Assembly (NCBI RefSeq): GCF_009914755.1
Contig: NC_060939.1
Length of the DNA stretch: 64,000 bases
Origin: the human T2T-CHM13v2.0 reference genome, Homo sapiens
Reading direction: 5' to 3' (one strand)
Below are positions 16,201-31,640 of the stretch, in pieces. Position numbers and translations under genes: made by a program. Every line of letters begins with the position of its first letter. Within the stretch, counting starts at the first letter, position 1. The notes under the pieces were generated by a model. It was given only the letters and a program-made list of their open reading frames with translations. It was not told the origin of the DNA and ran no database searches.

Positions 16201-19200
16201 GGAATGGAATCGAACGGAATGGAATGGAATAAATCCGGGTGGAGTGGAATGGAATGGAATGGAGTGGAATGTAATGGAATTTTGTGGAATGGAATGGAAT
16301 GGAATGGAATGGAATGGAATGGAATGGAATGAAATGGATTGGATCGGGATGGAATCCAGTGGAATCAACTGGAATGGAATGGAATGGAAGGGAATGGAAT
16401 GGAATGGAATAAATCCGGGTGGAGTGGAATGGAAAGTAATGGAGTGGAATGTAATGGAGTTTAGTGGAATGGAATGGAATGGAATGGAATGGAATGGAAT
16501 GGAATGGAATGGAATGGAATGGAATGAAATGGATTGGATAGGAAAGGAATCCAATGGAATCAACTGGAATGGAATGGAATGGAATGGAATGGAATGGAAT
16601 AAATACGGGTGGAGTGGAATGGAATGGAATGGAGTGGAATGGAATGGAATTTAGTTTGATGGAATGGAATGGAATGGAATGCAATGGAATGGAATGGAAT
16701 GGAATGGAATCAACCGGAATGGGATGGCATGGAATGGAATTGAGTGGAATGGAATGGAATGGAATGGAAAGGAATCAAACCAAGTGCAATGAAATGGAAT
16801 GGAATGCAATGGAATCCACCCGAGTGGAATGGAATGGAATGGAATGGAATGGAATGGAATGGAGTGGAATAGAAAGGAATGGAGTGGAATGGAATAAACA
16901 AAGGGGAATGAAATGGATTGGAATGAAATGGAATGGAATGGAATGGAATGGAATGGAATGAAATCAACCCAAGTGGAATGGAACGGAATGGAATGGAAAG
17001 GAATGGAATAGAATGAAATGGCAAGGAATGGAATGGAATCAACCCAAATGGGATGGCATGGAATGGAATTGAATGGAATGGAATGGAATGGAATGGAATC
17101 AACCGAAGTGCAATGGAATGGAAAGGAATGCAATGGAATCTACCCGAGTGGAATGGAATGGAATGGAATGGAATGGAATGGAATGGAATGGAATGGAGTG
17201 GAATAGAAAGGAATGGAGTGGAATGGAATAAACACCAGGGGAATGAAATGGATTGGAATGAAATGGAATGGAATGGAATGGAATGGAATGAAATCAACCC
17301 GAGTGGAATGGAACGGAATGGAATGGAATGGATAGGAATTAATGGAATGGAATGGGGTGAAATCAACACGAGAGGAATGGAATGGAATGGAATGGAATGG
17401 AATGGAATGGAATGAACCCGAATGGAATGGAATGGATTGGAATGGAATGGAATGGAATCAACCCGAGCAGAAAGGAATGGAATGGAATGGAGTGGAATGG
17501 AATGGAATGGAATGGAAGTTAATCAACACGAATTGAATGGAACGGAATGCAATGGGATGGGTTGGAATGGAATGGAAAGAAATTTAATCAACACGAATGG
17601 AATGGAAAGGAATGGAATGGAATGGCATGGAATGGAATGGAATGGAATGGAATGGAATGGAATAGAATGAAATAGAAAGCAAAGGAATGGAATCAACACG
17701 AGTGGAATAGAATGGAACGGAATGGAATTAACCCGAGTGGAATGAAATGGAATGTAAAGCAATGGGATGGAGTGGAATCAACCCGAGTGGAATGGAATGG
17801 AATGGAATAAATCCGGGTGGAGTGCAATGGAATGTAATGGAGTGGAATGTAAAGGAATTTAGTGGAATGGAATGGAATGGAATCAACACGAATGGAATGG
17901 AACGGAAAGGAATGAGATGGGATGGAATGGAATGGAATGGAAGTTAATCAACAAGAATTGAATGGAACGGAATGGAATGGAATGGAATGGAATGGAATGG
18001 AATGGAATGAAATGGAATGGAATGGAATGGAATGGAATGGAATGGAATGAAATGGAATGGAATGGAATGGAATGGAATGGAATGAAATCAACCCGAGTGG
18101 AATGGAACGGAATGGAATGGAAAGGAAAGGAATGAATGGAATGGAATGGTGTGGAATCAACACGAGAGGAACGGAATGGAACGGAAAGGAACGGAACGGA
18201 ATGGAAAGGAATGGAATGGAATGAACGCGAATGGAATGGAATGGATTGGAATGGAAAGGAATGGAATCAACCCGAGCGGAAAGGAATGGAATGGAATGGA
18301 CTGGAATGGAATGGAATGGAATGGAATGGAATGGAATGGAATGGAATCAACAAGAATGGAATGGAACGGAACGGAATGGGATGGGATGGAATGGAATGGA
18401 ATGGAACTTAATCAACACGAATGGAAAGTAATGGAATGGAATGAACCCGAATGGAATGGAATGAACCCGAATGGAATGGAATGGACTGGAATGCAATGGA
18501 ATAGAATCAACCTGAGAGGAAAGGAATGGAATGGAATGGAGTGGAATGGAATGGAATGGAATGGAATGGAATGGAATGGAATGGAATCAAAACGAATGGA
18601 ATAGAACGGAATGGAATGGGACGGGATGGAATGGAATGGAATGGAAGTTAATCAACACGAATGGAATGGAACGGAATGGAATGGAATGGAATGGAATGGA
18701 ATGGAATGAACCCGAATTGAATGGAATGGATTGGAATGGAATGGAATGGAATCAACCCGAGCAGAAAGGAATGGAATGGAATGGATTGGAATGGAATGGA
18801 ATGGAATGGAATGGAATGGAATGGAATCAACACGGATGGAATGGAACGGAATGGAATGGGATGGGATGGAATGGAATGGAACGGAAGTTAATCAACACGA
18901 ATGGAATGGAACAGAATGGAATGGAATGGAATGGAATGGAATGAAATGGAATGGAATGGAATGAAATGAAAGGGAAAGGAACGGAATGGAATCAACACGA
19001 GTGGAATGGAATGGAATGGAATGGAATCAACCCGAGTGGAATGAAATGGAATGTAATGCAATGGGATGGAGCGGAATCAACACGAGTGGAATGGAATGGA
19101 ATGGAATGGAATGGATTGGAATGGAATGGAATGAAATGGAATGGATCGGAATGGAATCCAATGGAATCAAATGGAATGGAATGTAATGGAATGGAATGGA

Positions 19201-19282
19201 ATGGAATGGAATGGAATGGAATGGAATGGAATGGAATAAATCCGGGTGGAGTGGAATGGAATGTAATGGAGTGGAATGTAAT

Positions 19283-19297
19283 GGAATTTTCTGGAAT
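19283..19297. promoter_or_regulatory. Perfect heat-shock element motif (copy 2)
   Basis: gGAAt tTTCt gGAAt, 6066 bp after copy 1. Motif match only. Confidence 0.45.
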
Positions 19298-22200
19298 GGA
19301 ATGGAATGGAATGGAATGGAATGGAATGGATTGGATCGGAATGGAATCCAAAGGAATCAACTGGAATGGAATGGAATGGAATGGAATAAATCCGGGTGGA
19401 GTGGAATGGAATGAAATGGAGTGGAATGGAATGGAATTTAATGGAATGGAATGGAACGGAATGGAATGGAATGGAATGGAATGGAATCAAACCGAATGGA
19501 ATGGAACGGAATGGAATGGAAAGGAATGGAATGGAATGGAATGGAATGGAATGGAATCAACCCGAATGGGATGGCATGGAATTGAATGGAATGGAATGGA
19601 ATGGAATGGAATGGAATGGAATGGAATGAAACCGAATGGAAAGGAATAGATTGGAATGGAATGGAATGGAATCAACCCGAGCGGAACGGAATTGAATGGA
19701 ATGGAGTGGAATGGAATATAATGGAATGGAATGGAAAGGAATGGAATCAACACGAATGGAATGGAACGGAATGGAATGGGATGGGATGGAATGGAATGGA
19801 ATGGAAGTTAATCAACACGAATGGAATGGAACGGAATGGAATGGAATGGAATGGAATGGAATGGAATGGAATGGAATGGAATGAACCCGAATGGAATGGA
19901 ATGGATTGGAATGGAATGGAATGGAATCAACCTGAGCGGAAAGGATTGGAATGGAATGGAGTGGAATGGAATGTAATGGAATGGAATGTAATGGAATGGA
20001 ATCAACACGAATGGAATGGAACGAAATGGAATGGAATGGAATGGAATGGAATGGAAAGGAATGGAATGGATTCAACACGAGTGGAATGGAATGGAACGGA
20101 ATGGAATCAACCCGAGTGGAATGAAATGGAATGTAGTGCAATGGGATGGAGGGGAATCAACCCGAGTGGAATGGAATGGAATGGAATGGAATGGAATGGA
20201 ATGAAATGGAATGGATCGGAATGGAACACAATGGAATAAACTGGAATGGAATGGAATGGAATGGAATGGAATGGAATGGAATGGAATGGAATAAACCCGG
20301 GTGGAGTGGAATGGAATGAAATGGAGTGGAATGGAATGGAATTTAGTGGAATGGAATGGAATGGAATCAAACCGAATGGAATGGAACGGAATGGAATGGA
20401 AAGGAATGGAATGGAATGGAATGGAATGGAATGGAATGGAATGGAATGGAATGGAATGGAATCAACACAAGTGGGATGGCATAGAATTGAATTGAATGGA
20501 ATGGAATGGAAAGGAATGGAATGGAATGGAATCAACCCAAGTGCAATGGAATGGAATGGAATGCAATGGAATCCACCCGAGTGGAATGGAATGGAATGGA
20601 ATGGCATGGAATGGAATGGAATGGAATGGAATGGAATGGAGTGGAATAGAACGGAATGAAGTGGAATGCAATAAACACCAGGGGAATGAAATGCATTGGA
20701 ATGAAATGGAATGGAATGGAATGGAATGGAATGGAATGGAATGGAATGGAATGAAATCAACCCGAGTGGAATGGAATGGAATGGAAAGGAATGAATGGAA
20801 TGGAATCTGGTGGAATCAACATGAGAGGAATGGAATGGAATGGAATGGAACGGAAGGGAATGGAAAGGAATGGAATGGAATGAACCCGAATGGAATGGAA
20901 TGGATTTGAATGGAATGGAATGGAATTAACCCGAGCGGAAAGGAATGGAATGGAATGGAGTGGAATGGAAAGTAATGGAATGGAATGGAATGGAATGGAA
21001 TCAACACGAATGGATTGGAATGGAATGGAATGGGATGGGATGGAATGGAATGGAATGGAAGTTAATCAACACGAATGGAATGCAACGGAATGGAATGGAA
21101 TGGAATGGAATGAACGCGAATGGAATTGAATGGATTGGAATGCAATAGAATGGAATCAACCCGAGCAGAAAGGATTGGAATGGAATGGAGTGGAATGTAA
21201 TGTAATGGAATGGAATGGAATGGAATGGAATCAACACGAATGGAATGGAACGTTATGCAATGGTATGGGATGGAATGGAATGGAATGGAAGTTAATCAAC
21301 ACGAATGGAGTGGAACGGAATGGAATGGAATGGAATGGAATGCAATGGAATGGAATGGAATGGAATGAAATGCAAAGGAACGGAAAGGAATCAACACGAG
21401 TGGAATGGAATGGAACGGAATGGAATCAACCCGAGTGGAATGAAATGGAATGTAGTGCAATGAGATGGAGTGGAATCAACCCGAGTGGAATGGAATGGAA
21501 TGGAATGGAATGGAATGGAAAGGAATGAAATGAAATGGATTGGATCAGAATGGAATCAAATCGAATTAACTGGAATGGAATGGAATGTAATGGAATGGAA
21601 TGGAATAAATCCGGGTGGAGTGGAATGGAATGGAATGGAGTGGAATGGAATGGAATTTTGTGGGATGGAATGGAATGGAATGGAATGCAATGGAATGGAA
21701 TCAACCAGAATGGGATGGCATGGAATGGAATTGAGTGGAATGGAATGGAATGTAATGGAATGGAATCAAATCAAGTTCAATGGAATGGAATGGAATGCAA
21801 TGGAATCCACCGGAGTGGAATGGAATGGAATGGAATGGAATGGAATGGAATGGAATGGAGTGGAATGGAACGGAATGGAATGGAATGGAACGGAATGGAA
21901 TGGAATGAACCCGAATGGAATGGAATGGAATTAACCCGAATGGAATGGAATGGATTGGAATGGAATGGAATGGAATCAACCTGAGCGGAAAGGAATGGAA
22001 TGGAATGGAGTGGAATGTAATGGAATGGAATGGAATGGAATGGAATGGAATCAACACGAATGGAATGGAACGGAATGGAATGGGATGGGATGGAATGGAA
22101 TGGAATGGAAGTTAATCAACACGAATGGAATGGAACGGAATGGAATGGAATGGAATGGAATGGAATGGAATGGAATGGAATGAAATGGAAAGGAACGGAA

Positions 22201-25200
22201 TGGAATCAACACCAGTGGAATGGAATGGAACGGAATGGAATCAACCCGAGTGGAATTAAATGGAATGTAATGCAATTGGATGGAGGGGAATCAACCCGAG
22301 TGGAATGGAATGGAATGGAATGGAATGGAATGGAATGGAATGGAATGAAATGAAATGGAATGGATCAGAATGGAATCCAACGGAATCAACTGGAATGGAA
22401 TGGAATGGAATGAAATGGAATGGAATAAATCCGGTTGGAGTGGAATGGAATGTAATGGAGTGGACTGTAATGGAATTTTGTGGAATGGAATGGAATGGAA
22501 TGCAGTGGAATGGAATGAAATGGATTGGATCGGAATGGAATCCATTGGAATCAACTGGAATGGAATGGAATGGAAAGGAATGGAATGGAATGGAGTGGAA
22601 TGGAATAGAATGGAATGGAATGGAATGGAATGGAATAAATCCGGGTGGAGTGGAATGGAATGAAATGGAGTGGAAAGTAATGGAATTTAGTGGAATGGAA
22701 TGGAATGGAATGGAATGGAATGGAATGGAATGGAATGGAATCAACCCGAATGGAATGGAACGGAATGGAATGGAAAGGAATGTTATGGAATGGAATGGAA
22801 TCAACACGAATAGGATGGCATTGAATTGAATGGAAAGGAATGGAATGGAATGGAATGGAATGGAATGGAATGGAATGGAGTCAACCCAAGTGCAATGGAA
22901 TGGAATGGAATGCAATGGAATCCACCCGAGTGGAATTGAATGGAATGGAATGGAATGGAATGGAATGGAATGGAATGGAATGGAATGGAGTGGAATCGAA
23001 CGGAATGGAGTGGAATGCAATAAACACCAGGGGAATGAAATGGATTGGAATGAAATGGAATGGAATGGAATGGAATGGAATGGAATGGAATGGAATGGAA
23101 TGGAATTGAATGGAATGAAATCAACCCGAGTGGAATGGAACGGAATGGAATGGAATGGAAAGGAATGAATGGAATGGAATGGGGTGGAATCAACACGAGA
23201 GGAATGGAATGGAATGGAATGGAATGGAACGGAATGGAAAGGAATGGAATGGAATGAACCCGAATGGAATGGAATGGATTGGAATGGAATGGAATGGAAT
23301 CAACTCTAGCGGAAAGGAATGGAATGGAATGGAGTGGAATGGAATGGAATGGAATGGAATGGAATGGAATGGAGTGGAATGTAATGTAACGGAATGGAAT
23401 GGAATGGAATGGAATCAACACGAATGGAATGGAACGGAATGAAATGGGATGGAATGGAATGGAATGGAATTTAATCAACACGAATGGAATGGAAAGGAAT
23501 GGAATGGAATGGCATGGAATGGAATGGAATGGAATGGAATGGAATAGAATGAAATAGAAAGGAAAGGAATGGAATCAACACGAGTGGAATAGAATGGAAC
23601 GGAATGGAATCAACCCGAGTGGAATGGAATGGAATGGAATGGAATGGAATGGAATGGAATGGAATGGAATGGAATGGAATAAATCCGGGTGGAGTGGAAT
23701 GGAATGTAATGGAGTGGAATGTAAAGGAATTTAGTGGAATGGAATGGAATGGAATCAACACGAATGGAATGGAACGGAATGGAATGAGATGGGATGGAAT
23801 GGAATGGAATGGAAGTTAATCAACACGAATTGAATGGAACGGAATGGAATGGAATGGAATGGAATGGAATGAAATGGAATGGAATGCAATGGAATGGAAT
23901 GGAATGGAATGGAATGAAATAAACCCGAGTGGAATGGAACGGAATGGAATGGAATGAAATGGAATGGAATGGAATGGAATGGAATGGAATGGAATGGAAT
24001 GGAATGGAATGAAATCAACCCGAGTGGAATGGAACGGAATGGAATGGAATGGAAAGGAATGAATGGAATGGAATGGTGTAGAATCAACACGAGAGGAATG
24101 GAATGGAATGGAAAGGAACGGAACGGAATGGAAAGGAATGGAATGCAATGAACGCGAATGGAATGGAATGGATTGGAATGGAATGGAATGGAATCAACCC
24201 GAGCGGAAAGGAATGGAATGGAATGGAATGGAATGGAATGGAATGGAATGGAATGGAATCAACACGAATGGAATGGAATGGAACGGAATGGGATGGAATG
24301 GAATGGAATGGAATGGAATCAAAACGAATGGAATAGAACGGAATGGAATGGGATGGGATGGAATGGAATGGAATGGAAGTTAATCAACACGAATGGAATG
24401 GAACGGAATGCAATGGAATGGAATGGAATGGAATGAACCCCAATTGAATGGAATGGATAGGAATGGAATGGAATGGAATCAACCCGAGCGGAAAGGAATG
24501 GAATGGAATGGAGTGGAATGGAATGTAATGGAATGGAATGGAATGGAATGGAATCAACACGAATGGAATGGAAAGGAATGGAATGGGATGGGATGGAATG
24601 GAATGGAATGGAAGTTAATCAACACGAATGGAATGGAACGGAATGGAAAGGAATGGAATGGATCGGAATGGAACCCAATGGAATCAACTGGAATGGAATG
24701 GAATGGAATGGAATAAACCCGGGTGGAGTGGAGTGGAATGGAATTTTGTGGAATGGAATGGAATGGAATGGAATGGAATGGAATGGAATGAACCAGAATT
24801 GAATGGAATGGATTGGAATGGAATGGAATGGAATCAACACGAGCAGAAAGGAATGGAATGGAATGGATTGGAATGGAATGCAATGGAATGGAATGGAATG
24901 GAATGGAATCAACACGAATGGAATGGAACGGAATGGAATGGGATGGGATGGAATGGAATGGAACGGAAGTTAATCAACACGAATGGAATGGAACAGAATG
25001 GAATGGAATGGAATGGAATGGAATGAAATGGAATGGAATGGAATGAAATGAAAGGGAAAGGAACGGAATGGAATCAACACGAGTGGAATGGAATGGTACG
25101 GAATGGAATCAACCAGAGTGGAATGAAATGGAATGTAATGCAATGGGATGGAGCGGAATCAACACGAGTGGAATGGAATGGAATGGAATGGAATGGATTG

Positions 25201-25354
25201 GAATGGAATGGAATGAAATGGAATGGATCGGAATGGAATCCAATGGAATCAACTGGAATGGAATGGAATGGAATGGAATGGAATGGAATGGAATGGAATG
25301 GAATGGAATAAATCCGGGTGGAGTGGAATGGAATGTAATGGAGTGGAATGTAAT

Positions 25355-25369
25355 GGAATTTTCTGGAAT
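25355..25369. promoter_or_regulatory. Perfect heat-shock element motif (copy 3)
   Basis: gGAAt tTTCt gGAAt, 6072 bp after copy 2. Motif match only. Confidence 0.45.
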
Positions 25370-28300
25370 GGAATGGAATGGAATGGAATGGAATGGAATG
25401 GATTGGATCGGAATGGAATCCAATGGAATCAACTGGAATGGAATGGAATGGAATGGAATAAATCCGGGTGGAGTGGAATGGAATGAAATGGAGTGGAATG
25501 GAATGTAATTTAATGGAATGGAATGGAATGGAATGGAATCAAACCGAATGGAATGGAACGGAATGGAATGGAAAGGAATGGAATGGAATGGAATGGAATG
25601 GAATGGAATCAACCCGAATGGGATGGCATGGAATTGATTTGAATGGAATGGAATGGAATGGAATGGAATGAAACCGAATGGAAAGGAATAGATTGGAATG
25701 GAATGGAATGGAATCAACCCGAGCGGAACGGAATTGAATGGAATGGAGTGGAATGGAATATAATGGAATGGAATGGAAAGGAATGGAATCAACACGAATG
25801 GAATGGAACGGAATGGAATGGGATGGGATGGAATGGAATGGAATGGAAGTTAATCAACACGAATGGAATGGAACGGAATGGAATGGAATGGAATGGAATG
25901 GAATTGAATGGAATGAACCCGAAAGGAATGGAATGGATTGGAATGGAATGGAATGGAATCAACCTGAGCGGAAAGGATTGGAATGGAATGGAGTGGAATG
26001 GAATGTAATGGAATGGAATGTAATGGAATGGAATCAGCACGAATGGAATGGAATGGAATGGAATGGAATGGAATGGAATGGAATGGAATGGAATGGAATG
26101 GAAAGGAATGGAATGGATTCAACACGAGTGGAATGGAATGGAACAGAATGGAATCAACCCGAGTGGAATGAAATGGAATGTAGTGCAATGGGATGGAGGG
26201 GAATCAACCCGAGTAGAATGGAATGGAATGGAATGGAATGGAATGGAATGAAATGGAATGGATCGGAATGGAACACAATGGAATAAACTGGAATGGAATG
26301 GAATGGAATGGAATGGAATGGAATGGAATGGAATGGAATGGAATAAACCCGGGTGGAGTGGAATGGAATGAAATGGAGTGGAATGGAATGGAATTTAGTG
26401 GAATGGAATGGAATGGAATCAAACCGAATGGAATGGAACGGAATGGAATGGAAAAGAAGAATGGAATGGAATGGAATGGAATGGAATGGAATGGAATGGA
26501 ATGGAATCAACACAAATGGGATGGCATAGAATTGAATTGAATGGAATGGAATGGAATGGAATGGAATGGAATGGAATCAACCCAAGTGCAATGGAATGGA
26601 ATGGAATGCAATGGAATACACCCGAGTGGAATGGAATGGAATGGAATGGCATGGAATGGAATGGAATGGAATGGAATGGAATGGAGTGGAATAGAACGGA
26701 ATGGAGTGGAATGCAATAAACACCAGGGGAAAGAAATGCATTGGAATGAAATGGAATGGAATGGAATGGAATGGAATGGAATGGAATGGAATGAAATCAA
26801 CCCGAGTGGAATGGAATGGAATGGAAAGGAATGAATGGAATGGAATCTGGTGGAATCAACATGAGAGGAATGGAATGGAATGGAATGGAACGGAAGGGAA
26901 TGGAAAGGAATGGAATGGAATGAACCCGAATGGAATGGAATGGATTTGAATGGAATGGAATGGAATTAACCCGAGCGGAAAGGAATGGAATGGAATGGAG
27001 TGGAATGGAAAGTAATGGAATGGAATGGAATGGAATGGAATCAACACGAATGGATTGGAATGAAATGGAATGGGATGGGATGGAATGGAATGGAATGGAA
27101 GTTAATCAACACGAATGGAATGCAACGGAATGGAATGGAATGGAATGGAATGAACCCGAATGGAATTGAATGGATTGGAATGCAATGGAATGGAATCAAC
27201 CCGAGCAGAAAGGATTGGAATGGAATGGAGTGGAATGGAATGTAATGTAATGGAATGGAATGGAATGGAATCAACACGAATGGAATGGAACGGAATGGAA
27301 TGGTATGGGATGGAATGGAATGGAATGGAAGTTAATCAACACGAATGGAGTGGAACGGAATGGAATGGAATGGAATGGAATGCAATGGAATGGAATGGAA
27401 TGGAATGGAATGAAATGGAAAGGAACGGAAAGGAATCAACAGGAGTGGAATGGAATGGAACGGAATGGAATCAACCCGAGTGGAATGAAATGGAATGTAG
27501 TGCAATGGGATGGAGTGGAATCAACCCGAGTGGAATGGAATGGAATGGAATGGAATGGAATGGAATGGAATGGAATGAAATGAAATGGATTGGATCGGAA
27601 TGGAATCAAATCGAATTAACTGGAATGGAATAGAATGGAATGGAATGGAATGGAATGGAATAAATCCGGGTGGAGTGGAATGGAATGGAATGGAGTGGAA
27701 TGGAAAGGAATTTTGTGGGATGGAATGGAATGGAATGGAATGCAATGGAATGGAATCAACCGGAATGGGATGGCATGGAATGGAATTGAGTGGAATGGAA
27801 TGGAATGGAATGGAATGGAATCAAATCAAGTTCAATGGAATGGAATGGAATGCAATGGAATCCACCGGAGTGGAATGGAATGGAATGGAATGGAATGGAA
27901 TGGAATGGAATGGAATGGAATGGAGTGGAATGGAACGGAATGGAATGGAATGGAACGGAATGGAATGGAATGAACCCGAATGGAATGGAATGGAATTAAC
28001 CCGAATGGAATGGAATGGATTGGAATGGAATGGAATGGAATCAACCTGAGCGGAAAGGAATGGAATGGAATGGAGTGGAATGTAATGGAATGGAATGGAA
28101 TGGAATGGAATGGAATCAACACGAATGGAATGGAACGGAATGGAATGGGATGGGATGGAATGGAATGGAATGGAAGTTAATCAACACGAATGGAATGGAA
28201 CGGAATGGAATGGAATGGAATGGAATGGAATGGAATGGAATGAAATGGAAAGGAACGGAATGGAATCAACACGAGTGGAATGGAATGGAACGGAATGGAA

Positions 28301-28820
28301 TCAACCCGAGTGGAATTAAATGGAATGTAAGGCAATTGGATGGAGGGGAATCAACCCGAGTGGAATGGAATGGAATGGAATGGAATGGAATGGAATGGAA
28401 TGGAATGGAATGAAATGAAATGGAATGGATCAGAATGGAATCCAATGAAATCAACTGGAATGGAATGGAATGGAATGAAATGGAATGGAATAAATCCGGT
28501 TGGAGTGGAATGGAATGTAATGGAGTGGAATGTAATGGAATTTTGTGGAATGGAATGGAATGGAATGCAGTGGAATGGAATGAAATGGATTAGATCGGAA
28601 TGGAATCCATTGGAATCAACTGGAATGGAATGGAATGGAAAGGAATGGAATGGAATGGAATGGAGTGGAATGGAATGGAATGGAATGGAATGGAATGGAA
28701 TGGAATGGAATGGAATGGAATAAATCCGGGTGGAGTGGAATGGAATGAAATGGAGTGGAATGTAATGGAATTTAGTGGAATGGAATGGAATGGAATGGAA
28801 TGGAATGGAATGGAATGGAA

Positions 28821-31640
28821 TCAACCCGAATGGAATGGAACGGAATGGAATGGAAAAGAATGTTATGGAATGGAATGGAATCAACACGAATAGGATGGCA
28901 TTGAATTGAATGGAAAGGAATGGAATGGAATGGAATGGAATGGAATGGAATGGAATGGAGTCAACCCAAGTGCAATGGAATGGAATGGAATGCAATGGAA
29001 TCCACCCGAGTGGAATTGAATGGAATGGAATGGAATGGAATGGAATGGAATGGAATGGAGTGGAATCGAACGGAATGGAGTGGAATGCAATAAACACCAG
29101 GGGAATGAAATGGATTGGAATGAAATGGAATGGAATGGAATGGAATGGAACGGAATTGAATGGAATGAAATCAACCCGAGTGGAATGGAACGGAATGGAA
29201 TGGAATGGAAAGGAATCAATGGAATGGAATGGGGTGGAATCAACACGAGAGGAATGGAATGGAATGGAATGGAACTGAACGGAATGGAAAGGAATGGAAT
29301 GGAATGAACCCGAATTTAATGGAATGGATTGGAATGGAATGGAATGGAATCAACTCTAGCGGAAAGGAATGGAATGGAATGGAGTGGAATGGAATGGAAT
29401 GGAATGGAATGGAATGGAGTGGAATGTAATGTAACGGAATGGAATGGAATGGAATGGAATCAACACGAATGGAATGGAACGGAATGGAATGGGATGGAAT
29501 GGAATGGAATGGAATTTAATCAACACGAATGGAATGGAAAGGAATGGAATGGAATGGCATGGAATGGAATGAAATGGAATGGAATGGAATAGAATGAAAT
29601 AGAAAGGAAAGGAATGGAATCAACACGAGTGGAATAGAATGGAACGGAATGGAATCAACCCGAGTGGAATGGAATGGAATGGAATGGAATGGAATGGAAT
29701 AAATCTGGGTGGAGTGGAATGGAATGTAATGGAGTGGAATGTAAAGGAATTTAGTGGAATGGAATGGAATGGAATCAACACGAATGGAATGGAACGGAAT
29801 GGAATGAGATGGGATGGATTGGAATGGAATGGAAGTTAATCAACACGAATTGAATGGAACGGAATGGAATGGAATGGAATGGAATGGAATGGAATGGAAT
29901 GGAATGGAATGGAATGGAATGAAATAAACCCGAGTGGAATGGAACGGAATGGAATGGAATGAAATGGAATGGAATGGAATGGAATGGAATGGAATGGAAT
30001 GAAATCAACCCGAGTGGAATGGAACGGAATGGAATGGAATGGAAAGGAATGAATGGAATGGAATGGTGTAGAATCAACACGAGAGGAATGGAATGGAATG
30101 GAAAGGAACGGAACGGAATGGAAAGGAATGGAATGGAATGAACGCGAATGGAATGGAAAGGATTGGAATGGAATGGAATGGAATCAACCCGAGCGGAAAG
30201 GAATGGAATGGAATGGAATGGAATGGAATGGAATGGAATGGAATCAACCCGAATGGAATGGAACGGAATGGAATGGAAAGGAATGTTATGGAATGGAATG
30301 GAATCAACACGAATAGGATGGCATTGAATTGAATGGAAAGGAATGGAATGGAATGGAATGGAATGGAATGGAATGGAGTCAACCCAAGTGCAATGGAATG
30401 GAATGGAATGCAATGGAATCCACCCGAGTGGAATTGAATGGAATGGAATGGAATGGAATGGAGTGGAATCGAACGGAATGGAGTGGAATGCAATAAACAC
30501 CAGGGGAATGAAATGGATTGGAATGAAATGGAATGGAATGGAATGGAATGGAATGGAATGGAATTGAATGGAATGAAATCAACCCGAGTGGAATGGAACG
30601 AAATGGAATGGAATGGAAAGGAATGAATGGAATGGAATGGGGTGGAATCAACACGAGAGGAATGGAATGGAATGGAATGGAACGGAACGGAATGGAAAGG
30701 AATGGAATGGAATGAACCCGAATGGAATGGAATGGATTGGAATGGAATGGAATGGAATCAACTCTAGCGGAAAGGAATGGAATGGAATGGAGTGGAATGG
30801 AATGGAATGGAATGGAATAGAATTGAATGGAGTGGAATGTAATGTAACGGAATGGAATGGAATGGAATGGAATCAACACGAATGGAATGGAACGGAATGG
30901 AATGGGATGCAATGGAATGGAATGGAATTTAATCAACACGAATGGAATGGAAAGGAATGGAATGGAATGGCATGGAATGGAATGGAATGGAATGGAATAG
31001 AATGAAATAGAAAGGAAAGGAATGAAATCAACACGAGTGGAATAGAATGGAACGTAATGGAATCAACCCGAGTGGAATGGAATGGAATGGAATGGAATGG
31101 AATGGAATGGAATAAATCCGGGTGGAGTGGAATGGAATGTAATGGAGTGGAATGTAAAGGAATTTAGTGGAATGGAATGGAATGGAATCAACACGAATGG
31201 AATGGAACGGAATGGAATGAGATGGGATGGAATGGAATGGAATGGAAGTTAATCAACACGAATTGAATGGAACGGAATGGAATGGAATGGAATGGAATGG
31301 AATGGAATGGAATGAAATAAACCCGAGTGGAATGGAACGGAATGGAATGGAATGAAATGGAATGGAATGGAATGGAATGGAATGGAACGGAATGGAATGG
31401 AATGGAATGGAATGAAATCAACCCGAGTGGAATGGAACGGAATGGAATGGAATGGAAAGGAATGAATGGAATGGAATGGTGTAGAATCAACACGAGAGGA
31501 ACGGAATGGAATGGAAAGGAACGGAACGGAATGGAAAGGAATGGAATGGAATGAACGCGAATGGAATGGAATGGATTGGAATGGAATGGAATGGAATCAA
31601 CCCGAGCGGAAAGGAATGGAATGGAATGGAATGGAATGGA
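28821..31640 (+). repeat. ~1.41-kb tandem duplication nested in the second copy of the ~6.05-kb unit
   Basis: GTTATGGAATGGAATGGAATCAACACGAATAGGATGGC at 28862/30285, CAACTCTAGC at 29351/30759, and GTAAAGGAATTTAGTGG at 29741/31154. Confidence 0.85.

Larger units (their letters stand above)
8621..20773 (+). repeat. 6066-bp tandem duplication within HSat3, apparently (near-)identical copies
   Basis: ORFs from 8625 to about 14235 recur with identical translation exactly 6066 bp later (8625/14691, 10644/16710, 12885/18951, 14041/20107). The copies diverge at 14708/20774. Confidence 0.93.
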
